A stretch of 64,000 nucleotides of DNA from Eledone cirrhosa (lineage: Eukaryota): NCBI GenBank assembly GCA_964016885.1, contig OZ024757.1, positions 43,152,001 to 43,216,000 on the forward strand. Reading direction: 5' to 3'. Positions 52,752 to 64,000 of the stretch are shown here, in pieces; the stretch's first letter is position 1; each line of letters starts with the position of its first letter. Made by a program: the position numbers and the translations under genes. Below the pieces are notes generated by a model that saw only the letters and a program-made list of their open reading frames with translations, was not told the DNA's origin and did not search any database.

Positions 52752-55510
52752 CCGGACCGTACTGCACATGCGTCAAGAACGTCGGACCGTAGTGCGCATG
52801 CGCCAAGGCCTCCGAACCGTAGTGCGCATGCGCCAACGCCGCCGGACCGTAGTGCGCATGCGCCAAGGCCGCCGGACCGTAGTGCGCATGCGCCAAGGCC
52901 GCCAGACCGTAGTGCGCATGCGCCAAGGCCACCGGGCCGTACTGCGCATGCGCCAAGGCCGCCGGACCGTAGTGCGCATGCGCCAATGCTGCCAGACCGT
53001 AGTGCGCATGCACCAAAGCTGACGGACCGTAGTGCGCATGCGCCAAGGCCGCCGGACCGTTGTGCGCATGCGCCAAGGCCACTGGACCGTACTGTGCATG
53101 CGCCAAGGCCACCAGAACGTAGTGCGCACGCGCCAAGGCCATCGGACCGTAGTGCGCATGCGCCAAGTCTGCCAGACCGTAGTGCGCATGCGCCAATGCT
53201 GCCACACCGTAGTGCGCATGCACCAAAGCCGCCGGACCGTAGTGCGCAGGCGCCAAGGCCGCCGGGCCGTAGTGTGCATGCGCCAAGGCCGCCGGACCGT
53301 TGTGCGCATGCGCAAAGACCGCTGACCCTTAGTGCGCATGCGCCATGGCCGCCGGACCTTACTGCGCATGCGCTAAGGCCGCCGGACCTCACTGCGCATG
53401 CACCAAGGCCACTGGACTGTACTGCGCATGCGCCAAGGCCACCAGGACGTAGTGCGCATGCGCCAAGGCCATCGGACCGTAGTGTGCATGCGCCAAGTCT
53501 GCCAGACCGTAGTGCGCATGCGCCAAAGCCACCGGACCGTACTGCGCATGTGCCAAGGCCACCGGAACGTAGTGCGCATGCGGCAAGGTCGCCGGACCGT
53601 AGTGCGCATGCGCCAAGACCGCCGGACCGTAGTGCGCGTGCGCCAAGGCCGCCAGACCGTAGTGCGCATGCGCCAAGGTCGCCGGGCCGTACTGCGCATG
53701 CGCCAAGGCCGCCGGGCTGTAGTGCGCATGCTCCAATGCTGCTAGACCGTAGTGCGCATGCACCAAAGCCGCCGGACCGTAGTGCGCATGCGCCAAGGCC
53801 GCCGGACCGTAGTGCGCATGCACCAAGGCCGCCGGACCGTTGTGCGCATGCGCAAAGAACGATGGCCCTTAGTGCGCATGCGCCAAGGCCGCCGGAACGT
53901 ACTGCGCATGCGCTAAGGCCGCCGGACCTTACTGCGCATGCGCCAAGGCCACTGGACAGTACTGCGCATGCGTCAAGGCCACCGGAACGTAGTGCGCATG
54001 CGCCAAGGCCGCCGTACCATTGTGCGCATGCGCAAAGACCGCTGGCCCTTAGTGCGCATGCGCCATGGCCGCCGGACCTTACTGCGCATGCGCCAAGGCC
54101 GCCGGACCGTAGTGCGCATGCGCCAATGCTGCCAGACCGTAGTGCGCATGCACCAAAGCTGCCGGACCGTAGTGCGCATGCGCCAAGGCCGCCGGACCGT
54201 TGTGCGCATGCGCCAAGGCCACTGGACCGTAGTGCGCACGCGCCAAGGCCATCGGACCGTAGTGCGCATGCGCCAAGTCTGCCAGACCGTAGTGCGCATG
54301 CGCTAAAGCCACCGGACCGTACTGCGCATGTGCCAAGGCCACCGGAACGTAGTGCGCATGCGGCAAGGTCGCCGGACCGTAGTGCGCATGCGCCAAGACC
54401 GCCGGACCGTAGTGCGCATGCGCCAATGCTGCCAGACCGTAGTGCGCATGCGCCAAGGCCATCGGACCGTAGTGCGCATGCGCCAAGTCTGCCAGACCGT
54501 AGTGCGCATGCGCCAAAGCCACCGGACCGTAATGCGCATGCGGCAAGACCGCCGGAACGTAGTGCGCATCCACGAAGGCAGCCGGACCGTAGTGCGCATG
54601 CGCCAAGACTGACAGACCATAGTGCGCATGCGCCAAAGCCGCCGGACCTTACTGCGCATGCGCCAAGGCCACTGGAGCGTACTGCGCATGCGCCAAGGCC
54701 ACCGGAACGTAGTGCGCATGCGCCAGGGCCGCCGGACCGCAGTGCGCATGCGCCAGAGCCGCCGAACCGTAGTGCGCATGCGTCAAGGTCGCCGGACCAT
54801 ACTGCACATGCGCCAAGCCCGCCGGACCGTAGTGCGCATGCGCTAAGGCCGCTGAACCGTACTGCGCATGCGCCAAAGCAGCTGGACCGTAGTGCGCATG
54901 CGCCAAGGTCACCGGACCGTACTGCACATGCGCCAAGGACGCCGGACCGTAGTGCGCATGCGCCAAAGCCACCGGACCGTCGGTCTTGGCGCATGCGCAC
55001 TACGGTCCAGCGACCTTGCCGCATGCGCACTGCGTTCCGGTGGCCTTGGCACATGCGCAGTACGGTCCGGTGGCTTTGGCGCATGCGCACTACGGTCTGG
55101 CAGACTTGGCGCATGCGCACTACGGTCCGATGGCCTTGGCGCATGCGCACTACGTCCTGGTGGCCTTGGTGCATGCGCAGTACGGTACTGGGACCTTGAT
55201 GCATGCGCAGTACAGTCAGGCGGCCTTGGCGCATGCGCACTACGGTCCGGCGGCCTTGGCGCATGCGCAGTACGGTCCGGCGGCCTTAGCGCATGCGCAG
55301 TTCGGTACTGCGACCTTGACGCATACGCAGTACAGTCAGGTGGCCTTGGCGCATGCGCAGTGCGGTTCGGCGGCCTTAGCGCATGCGCAGTTCGGTACTG
55401 CGACCTTGACGCATGCGCAGTACAGTCAGGCGGCCTTGGCGCATGCGCACTACGGTCCGGCGCCCTTGGCGCATGCGCAGTACGGTCTGGCGGTCTTGGC
55501 GCATGGGCAC

Positions 55511-55776
55511 TTCATCAAAAAGGACTAACATGGCCGAAATGTCATCATGTATGTCTGAAATTACAACAAAATGACTAAGACGGCATAATAAATGACTAAA
55601 GTGACAATAAAATGCTAAAACCGTATCATAATTGACTAGAATGACTCTAACACGACTGAAACGTCTAAAATGACTATAAATGGCTCTAAAATGGTTAAAC
55701 TGCATCATAAATTACTAAAATAACTCAAAATGGCTAAATATGGCAACATAAAGGCTTAAAATGGCTAAAAATTCAT
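55511..55776 (-). repeat. AT-rich spacer, copy 16, subtype A, inverted
   Basis: Reverse complement of subtype A; shares CTTAGTCATT variant with copy 8. Confidence 0.97.
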
Positions 55777-58700
55777 CCGGACCGTACTGCACATGCGTCA
55801 AGGACGTCGGACCGTAGTGCGCATGCGCCAAGGCCTCCGAACCGTAGTGCGCATGCGCCAACGCCGCCGGAACGTAGTGCGCATGCGCCAAGGCCGCCAG
55901 ACCGTAGTGCGCATGCGCCAAGGCCGCCGGGCCGTACTGCGCATGCGCCAAGGCCGCCGGACCGTAGTGCGCATGCGCCAATGTTGCCAGACCGTAGTGC
56001 GCATGCACCAAAGCTGCCGGACCGTAGTGCGCATGCGCCAAGGCCACCGGACCGTTGTGCGCATGCGCCAAGGCCACTGGACCGTAGTGCGCACGCGCCA
56101 AGGCCATCGGACCGTAGTGCGCACGCGCCAAGGCCATCAGACCGTAGTGCGCATGCGCCAAGTCTGCCAGACCGTAGTGCGCATGCGCTAAAGCCACCGG
56201 ACCGTACTGCGCATGTGCCAAGGCCACCGGAATGTAGTGCGCATGCGGCAAGGTCGCCGGACCGTAGTGCGCATGCGCCAAGACCGCCGGACCGTAGTGC
56301 GCATGCGCCAATGCTGCCAGACCGTAGTGCGCATGCACCAAAGCCGCCGGACCGTAGTGCGCAGGCGCCAAGGCCGCCGGGCCGTAGTGTGCATGCGGCA
56401 AGGCCGCCGGACCATTTTGCGCATGCGCAAAGACCGCTGGCCCTTAGTGCGCATGCGCCATGGCCGCCGGATCTTACTGCGCAGGCGCCAAGGCCACTGG
56501 ACTGTACTGCGCATGCGCCAAGGCCACCAGGACGTAGTGCGCATGCGACAAGGTCGCCGGACCGTAGTGCGCATGCGCCAAGGTCGCCTGACTGTACTGC
56601 GCATGCATCAAAGTCCCAGTACCGTACTGCGCATGCACCAAGACCGCCGGACCGTAGTGCGCATGCGCCAGAGCCGCCGAACCGTAGTGCGCATGCGCCA
56701 AGGCCGCCGGACCATACTGCGCATGCGCCAAGGCCGCCGGGCCGTAGTGAGCATGCGCCAAAGACGCGGGCCCGTAGTGCGCATGCGCCAAGGCCACCTG
56801 ACTGTACTGCGCATGCGTCAAGGTCGCAGTACTGAACTGCGCATGCGCTAAGGCCGCCGGATCGTAGTGCGCATGTGCCAAGGCCGCCTGACTGTACTGC
56901 GCATGCGTCAAGGTCCCAGTACCGAACTGCGCATGCGCTAAGGCCGCCGGACCGTACTGCGCATGCGCCAAGGCCGCCGGACCGCAGTGCGCATGCGCCA
57001 GAGTCGCCGAACCGTAGTGCGCATGCGTCAAGGTCGCCGGACCATACTGCGCATGCGCCAAGCCCGCCGGACCGTAGTGCGCATGGGCCAAAGCCGCCTG
57101 ACCGTACTGCGCATGCGCCAAGTCCGCAGTACCGTACTGCGCATGCGACAAGGCCGCAGTACCGTAGTGCGCATGCGCCAAGGCCATATGACCGTAGTGC
57201 GCATGCGCCAAGGCCGCCGGACCGTAGTGCGCATGCGCCAAGGCCGCCGGATCGTAGTGCGCATGCGCCAAAGCCGCCGAACCGTAGTGCGCATGCGCCA
57301 AGGCCGCCGATACATAGTGCACATGCGCCAAGGCCGTCGGACCATACTGCGCATGCGCCAAGGCCGCCGGACCGTAGTGCGCATGTGCCAAGGCCGCCTG
57401 ACTGTACTGCGCATGCGTCAAGGTCGCAGTACCGAACTGCGCATGCGCTAAGGCCGCCGGACCGTACTGCGCATGCGCCAAGTCCGCCGGACCGTAGTGC
57501 GCATGCGCCAAGGCCGCCTGACTGTACTGCGCATGCATCAAGGTCCCAGTACCGTACTGCGCATGCACCAAGACCGCCGGACCGTAGTGCGCATGCGCCA
57601 GAGCCGCCGAACCGTAGTTCGCATGCGCCAAGGCCGTCGGAACGTACTGCGCATGCGCTAAGGCCGCCGGACCTTACTGCGCATGCGCCAAGGCCACTGG
57701 TCAGTACTGCGCATGCGTCAAGGCCACCAGAACGTAGTGCGCATGCGCCAAGGCCGCCGTACCGTTGTGCGCATGCGCAAAGACCGCTGGCCCTTAGTGC
57801 GCATGCGCCATGGCCGCCGGACCTTACTGCGCATGCGCCAAGGCCACTGGACTGTAGTGCGCATGCCCCAAGGCCACTGGACAGTACTGCGCATGCGTCA
57901 AGGCCACCGGAACGTAGTGCGCATGCGCCAAGGCCGCCGTACCGTTGTGCGCATGCGCCAAGGCCGCTGGACCGTACTGCGCATGCGCAAAGGCCACCGG
58001 AACGTAATGCGCATGCGCCAAGGCCGCCGGAACGTAGTGCGCATGCGCCAAGGCCGCCGGACCGTAGTGCGCATGCGCCAAGACTGACAGACCATAGTGC
58101 GCATGCGTCAAAGCCGCCGGACCTTACTGCGCATGCGCCAAGGCCACTGGAGCGTACTGCGCATGCGCCAAGGCCACCGGAACGTAGTGCGCATGCGCCA
58201 AGGCCGCCGGACCGTAGTGCGCATGCGCCAAGGCTGCCAGACCGTAGTGCGCATGCGCCAAAGCCGCCGGACCGTACTGCGCATGTGCCAAGGCCACCGG
58301 AACGTAGTGCGCATGCGGGAAGGTCGCCGGACCGTAGTGCGCATGCGCCAAGGCCGCCGAACCGCATGCGCACAAAGGTCCGGCGGCCTTGGCGCATGCG
58401 CAGTACGGTTCGGCGGCCTTGGCGCATGCGCACTACGGTCTGGCGGCCTTGGCACATGCGCACTACGGTCCGACGGCCTTGGGGCATGCGCAGTAAGATC
58501 CGGCGGTCTTGGAGCATGCGCACTACGGTCTGGCGGCCTTGGCGCATGCGCACTACGGTCTGGCAGCCTTGGCGCATGCGCACTACGGTCCGGCGGCCTT
58601 GGCGCATGCGCACTACTTTCCGGTGGCCTTGGCGCATGCGCAGTACGCTCCAGTGGCCTTGGCGCATGCGCAGTAAGGTCCGGCGGCTTTGGCGCATGCG

Positions 58701-59641
58701 CACTATGGTCTGTCAGTCTTGGCGCATGCGCACTACGGTCCGGCGGCCTTGGCGCATGCGCACTACGTTCCGGCGGCCTTGGCGCATGCGCACTACGTTC
58801 CGGTGGCCTTTGCGCATGCGCAGTACGGTCCAGCGGCCTTGGCGCATGCGCACAACGGTACGGCGGCCTTGGCGCATGCGCACTACGGCCCGGTGGCCTT
58901 GACGCATGCGCAATACTGTCCAGTTGCCTTGGGGCATGCGCACTACAGTCCAGTGGCCTTGGCGCATGCGTAGTAAGGTCCGGCGGCCATGGCGCATGCG
59001 CACTAAGGGCCAGCGGTCTTTGCGCATGCGCACAACGGTACGGCGGCCTTGGCGCATGCGCACTACGTTCTGGTGGCCTTGACGCATGCGCAGTACTGTC
59101 CAGTGGCCTTGGCGCATGCGCAGTAAGGTCCGGCGGCCTTAGCGCATGCGCAGTACGTTCCGGCGGCCTTGGCGCATGCTCACTAAGATGGCCATCGTTC
59201 TTTGCGCATGCGCACAACGGTCCGGCGGCCTTGGTGCATGCGCACTACGGTCCGGCAGCCTTGGCGCATGCGCACTACGGTCCGCTGGCTTTGGTGCATG
59301 CGCACTACGGTCTAGCAGCATTGGGGCATGCGCACTACAGCCCGGCGGCCTTGGCGCATGCGCAGTACGGCCCGGCGACCTTGGCGCATGCGCACTACGG
59401 TCTGGCGGCCTTGGCGCACGCGCACTACGGTCCGGCGGTCTTGGCGCATGCGCACTACGGTCCGGCGACCTTGCCGCATGCGCACTACGTTCCGGTGGCC
59501 TTGGCACATGCGCAGTACGGTCCGGTGGCTTTGGCGCATGCGCACTACGGTCTGGCAGACTTGGCGCATGCGCACTACGGTCCGATGGCCTTGGCGCATG
59601 CGCACTACGTCCTGGTGGCCTTGGCGCATGCGCAGTACAGT

Positions 59642-59697
59642 CCATATTTAGCCATTTTGAGTTATTTTAGTAATTTATGATGCAGTTTAACCATTTT
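59642..59697 (+). repeat. AT-rich spacer remnant, copy 17 (56 bp, truncated both sides)
   Basis: CCATATTTAGCCATTTTGAGTTATTTTAGTAATTTATGATGCAGTTTAACCATTTT followed by CAAGGCC of the reverse arm. Confidence 0.95.
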
Positions 59698-59999
59698 CAA
59701 GGCCGCCGGACCGTACTGCGCATGCGCCAAGGCCACCTGACTGTACTGCGCATGCGTCAAGGTCGCAGTACCGAACTGCGCATGCGCTAAGGCCGCCGGA
59801 CCGTACTGCGCATGCGCCAATGCCGCCGGACCGTAGTGCGCATGCGCCAAGGCCGCCTGACTGTACTGCGCATGCATCAATGTCCCAGTACCGTACTGCG
59901 CATGCACCAAGACCGCCGGACCGTAGTGCGCATGCGCCAGAGCCGCCGAACCGTAGTGCGCATGCGCCAAGGCCGCCGGACCATACTGCGCATGCGCCA

Positions 60000-60860
60000 G
60001 GGCCGCCGGACCTTACTGCGCATGCGCCAAGGCCACTGGACTGTAGTGCGCATGCCCCAAGGCCACTGGACAGTACTGCGCATGCGTCAAGGCCACCGGG
60101 CCGTAGTGCGCATGCGCCAAGGCCGCCGTACCGTTGTGCGCATGCGCCAAGGCCGCTGGACCGTACTGCGCATGCGCAAAGGCCACCGGAACGTAGTGCA
60201 CATGCGCCAAGGCCGCCGGAACGTAGTGCGCATGCGCCAAGGCCGCCGGACCGTAGTGCGCATGCGCCAAGACTGACAGACCATAGTGCGCATGCGCCAA
60301 AGCCGCCGGACCTTACTGCGCATGCGCCAAGGCCACTGGAGCGTACTGCGCATGCGCCAAGGCCACCGGAAAGTAGTGCGCATGCGCCAAGGCCGCCGGA
60401 CCGTAGTGCGCATGCGCCAAGGCTGCCAGACCGTAGTGCGCATGCGCCAAGGCCGCCAGACCGTAGTGCGCATGCTCCAAGACCGCCGGATCTTACTGCG
60501 CATGCCCCAAGGCCGTCGGACCGTAGTGCGCATGTGCCAAGGCCGCCAGACCGTAGTGCGCATGCGCCAAGACCGCCGAACCGTACTGCGCATGCGCCAA
60601 GGCCGCCGGACCTTTGTGCGCATGCGGTTCGGCGGCCTTGGCGCATGCGCACTACGGTCCGGCGACCTTCCCGCATGCGCACTACGTTCCGGTGGCCTTG
60701 GCACATGCGCAGTACGGTCCGGCGGCTTTGGCGCATGCGCACTACGGTCTGGCAGCCTTGGCGCATGCGCACTACGGTCCGGCGGCCTTGGCGCATGCGC
60801 ACTACGTTCCGGTGGCCTTGGCGCATGCGCAGTACGCTCCAGTGGCCTTGGCGCATGCGC
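60000..60860 (-). repeat. ~0.85-kb inverted duplication of ~58130-58990
   Basis: Same order of monomer variants reverse-complemented, including rare CACTACTTTCC/GGAAAGTAGTG and the mirrored junction at 58363/60624; boundaries approximate. Confidence 0.8.
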
Positions 60861-63563
60861 ACTATGGTCTGTCAGTCTTGGCGCATGCGCACTACGGTCC
60901 GGCGGCCTTGGCGCATGCGCACTACGTTCCGGCGGCCTTGGCGCATGCGCACTACGTTCCGGTGGCCTTTGCGCATGCGCAGTACGGTCCAGCGGCCTTG
61001 GCGCATGCGCACAACGGTACGGCGGCCTTGGCGCATGCGCACTACGTTCCGGTGGCCTTGACGCATGCGCAGTACTGTCCAGTGGCCTTGGGGCATGCGC
61101 ACTACAGTCCAGTGGCCTTGGCGCATGCGCAGTAAGGTCCGGCGGCCATGGCGCATGCGCACTAAGGGCCAGCGGTCTTTGCGCATGCGCACAACGGTAC
61201 GGCGGCCTTGGCGCATGCGCACTACGTTCTGGTGGCCTTGACGCATGCGCAGTACTGTCCAGTGGCCTTGGCGCATGCGCAGTAAGGTCCGGCGGCCTTA
61301 GCGCATGCGCAGTACGTTCCGGCGGCCTTGGCGCATGCTCACTAAGATGGCCATCGTTCTTTGCGCATGCGCCAAGGCCACGGGACGGTACTGCGCATGA
61401 TCCAAGACCGCCGGATCGTACTGCGCATGCCCCAAGGCCGTCGGACAGTAGTGCGCATGTGCCAAGGCCGCCAGACCGTAGGGCGCATGCTCCAAGACCG
61501 CCGGATCTTACTGCGCATGCGCCAAGGCCGCCGGACCGCAGTGCGCATGCGCCAGAGCCGCCGAACCGTAGTGCGCATGCGTCAAGGTCGCCGGACCATA
61601 CTGCGCATGCGCCAAGCCCGCCGGACCGTAGTGCGCATGGGCCAAAGCCGCCTGACCGTACTGCGCATGCGCCAAGTCCGCAGTACCGTACTGCGCATGC
61701 GACAAGGCCGCAGTACCGTAGTGCGCATGCGCCAAGGCCATATGACCGTAGTGCGCATGCGCCAAGTCCGCCGGACCGTAGTGCGCATGCGCCAAAGCCG
61801 CCGGATCGTAGTGCGCATGCGCCAAAGCCGCCGAACCGTAGTGCGCATGCGCCAAAGCCGCCGAACCGTAGTGCGCATGCGCCAAGGCCGCCGATACATA
61901 GTGCACATGCGCCAAGGCCGTCGGACCATACTGCGCATGCGCCAAGGCCGCCGGACCGTAGTGCGCATGTGCCAAGGCCGCCTGACTGTACTGCGCATGC
62001 GTCAAGGTCGCAGTACCGAACTGCGCATGCGCTAAGGCCGCCGGACCGTACTGCGCATGCGCCAAGGCCACCTGACTGTACTGCGCATGCGTCAAGGTCG
62101 CAGTACCGAACTGCGCATGCGCTAAGGCCGCCGGACCGTACTGCGCATGCGCCAAGGCCGCCGGACCGTAGTGCGCATGCGCCAAGGCCGCCTGACTGTA
62201 CTGCGCATGCATCAAGGTCCCAGTACCGTACTGCGCATGCACCAAGACCGCCGGACCGTAGTGCGCATGCGCCAGAGCCGCCGAACCGTAGTGCGCATGC
62301 GCCAAGGCCGCCGGACCATACTGCGCATGCGCCAGGGCCGCCGGACCGTAGTGCGCATGCGCCAAAGACGCCGGACCGTAGTGCGCATGCGCCAAGGCCA
62401 CCTGACTGTACTGCGCATGCGTCAAGGTCGCAGTACCGAACTGCGCATGCGCTAAGGCCGCCGGACCGTACTGCGCATGCGCCAAGGCCGCCTGACTGTA
62501 GTGCGCAGGCGCCAAGGCCGCCGGGCCGTAGTGTGCATGCGCAAAGACCGCTGGCCCTTAGTGCGCATGCGGTTCGGCGGCCTTGGCGCAGGCGCACTAC
62601 GGTCCGGCGACCTTCCCGCATGCGCACTACGTTCCGGTGGCCTTGGCACATGCGCAGTACGGTCCGGCGGCCTTGGCGCATGCGCACTACGTTCCGGCGG
62701 CCTTGGCGCATGCGCACTACGTTCCGGTGGCCTTTGCGCATGCGCAGTACGGTCCAGCGGCTTTGGCGCATGCGCACAACGGTACGGCGGCCTTGGCGCA
62801 TGCGCACTACGTTCCGGTGGCCTTGACGCATGCGCAGTACTGTCCAGTGGCCTTGGGGCATGCGCACTACAGTCCAGTGGCCTTGGCGCATGCGCAGTAA
62901 GGTCCGGAGGCCATGGCGCATGCGCACTAAGGGCCAGCGGTCTTTGCGCATGCGCACAACGGTACGGCGGCCTTGGCGCATGCGCACTACGTTCCGGTGG
63001 CCTTGACGCATGCGCAGTACTGTCCAGTGGCCTTGGCGCATGCGCAGTAAGGTCCGGCGGCCTTAGCGCATGCGCAGTACGTTCCGGCGGCCTTGGCGCA
63101 TGCGCACTAAGGGCCATCGTTCTTTGCGCATGCGCACAACGGTCCGGCGGCCTTGGTGCATGCGCACTACGGTCCGGCAGCCTTGGCGCATGCGCACTAC
63201 GGTCCGGCGGCTTTGGTGCATGCGCACTACGGTCTAGCAGCATTGGGGCATGCGCACTACAGCCCGGCGGCCTTGGCGCATGCGCAGTACGGCCCGGCGA
63301 CCTTGGCGCATGCGCACTACGGTCTGGCGGCCTTGGCGCACGCGCACTACGGTCCGGCGGTCTTGGCGCATGCGCACTACGGTCCGGCGACCTTGCCGCA
63401 TGCGCACTACGTTCCGGTGGCCTTGGCACATGCGCAGTACGGTGCGGTGGCTTTGGCGCATGCGCACTACGGTCTGGCAGACTTGGCGCATGCGCACTAC
63501 GGTCCGATGGCCTTGGCGCATGCGCAATACGTCCTGGTGGCCTTGGCGCATGCGCAGTACAGT

Positions 63564-63619
63564 CCATATTTAGCCATTTTGAGATATTTTAGTAATTTAT
63601 GATGCAGTTTAACCATTTT
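63564..63619 (+). repeat. AT-rich spacer remnant, copy 18 (56 bp)
   Basis: Same breakpoints as copy 17, one substitution (GAGATATT). Confidence 0.95.
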
Positions 63620-64000
63620 CAAGGCCGCCGGACCGTACTGCGCATGCGCCAAGGCCACCTGACTGTACTGCGCATGCGTCAAGGTCGCAGTACCGAACTG
63701 CGCATGCGCTAAGGCCGCCGGACCGTACTGCGCATGCGCCAAGGCCGCCTGACTGTACTGCGCATGCGTCAAGGTCGCAGTACCGAACTGCGCATGCGTT
63801 AAGGCCGCCGGACCGTACTGCGCATGTGCCAAGGCCGCCGGACCGTAGTGCGCATGCGCCAAAGCCGCCGAACCGTACTGCGCATGCGCCAAGGCCGCCG
63901 GACCGTACTGCGCATGCGCCAAGGCCGCCGGACCGCAGTGCGCATGCGCCAGAGCCGCCGAACCGTAGTGCGCCTGCGTCAAGGTCGCCGGACCATACTG

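Larger units (their letters stand above)
52108..56582 (-). repeat. ~4.5-kb inverted duplication of 28148-32622
   Basis: Coordinate sums constant at 84730 (29022+55708, 32047+52683, 28329+56401, 29466+55264); shared rare variants GGCCCTGG and CTTAGTCATT. Confidence 0.9.
1..64000. repeat. GC-rich 30-bp satellite array (~2,000 monomers) in alternating orientation, interrupted by AT-rich spacers
   Basis: Consensus GGTCCGGCGGCCTTGGCGCATGCGCA(C/G)TAC recurs every 30 bp. Reverse-oriented blocks (approx.): 1349-1878, 6323-7089, 8559-9206, 10676-11205, 13361-13587, 17965-18731, 20201-20730, 24605-25134, 29220-29749, 32245-33011, 34481-35010, 38916-39445, 41311-41957, 42644-43752, 44605-47914, 50429-52020, 52752-54980, 55777-58363, 59698-60624, 61367-62569, 63620-64000. 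All other non-spacer sequence is forward. The array runs off both window ends. Confidence 0.99.

Noticed and set aside
1-64000. CRISPR-like array (palindromic constant part plus variable part)
   Set aside because: The variable ~18 bp are point variants of one consensus rather than unique spacers; the period is only 30 bp; there are no cas genes.
1-64000. Whole structure as an MDA/assembly chimera artefact
   Set aside because: Identical junctions recur in copies with distinct, hierarchically shared SNPs, which fits real duplication history. Exact copy number and single-occurrence junctions still need read support.

Overview
The whole 64 kb is non-coding, probably eukaryotic, satellite DNA. 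I found no credible gene, RNA gene, transposase or CRISPR array. About 59.7 kb is roughly 2,000 copies of a GC-rich 30-bp monomer, consensus GGTCCGGCGGCCTTGGCGCATGCGCA(C/G)TAC (73% GC, 5 CpG), each carrying the palindrome GCGCATGCGC, which matches the NRF1/Ewg/P3A2 binding motif. The array is not simply head-to-tail: I count 41 orientation flips. Eighteen copies of an AT-rich spacer (14 full 266-bp copies, 4 shortened) interrupt it, and every one sits at a forward-to-reverse switch. The higher-order unit is therefore a 2-7 kb foldback: forward arm, AT spacer, reverse arm. The spacer is a decayed 10-11 bp TTTAG(C/T)CAT repeat, occurs as two subfamilies, and is bounded by a 6-bp direct repeat GATGA(A/C) whose last base co-varies at both ends. 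Positions 1-41 kb are homogenised with multi-kb direct duplications. Positions 41-64 kb are more diverged and rearranged, with a ~4.5-kb inverted duplication, fold-backs and truncated spacers. The ORF track is best explained as an artefact of a 30-bp, stop-poor repeat. Coordinates were read by eye; junctions are accurate to a few bp. The host species cannot be identified from this window.
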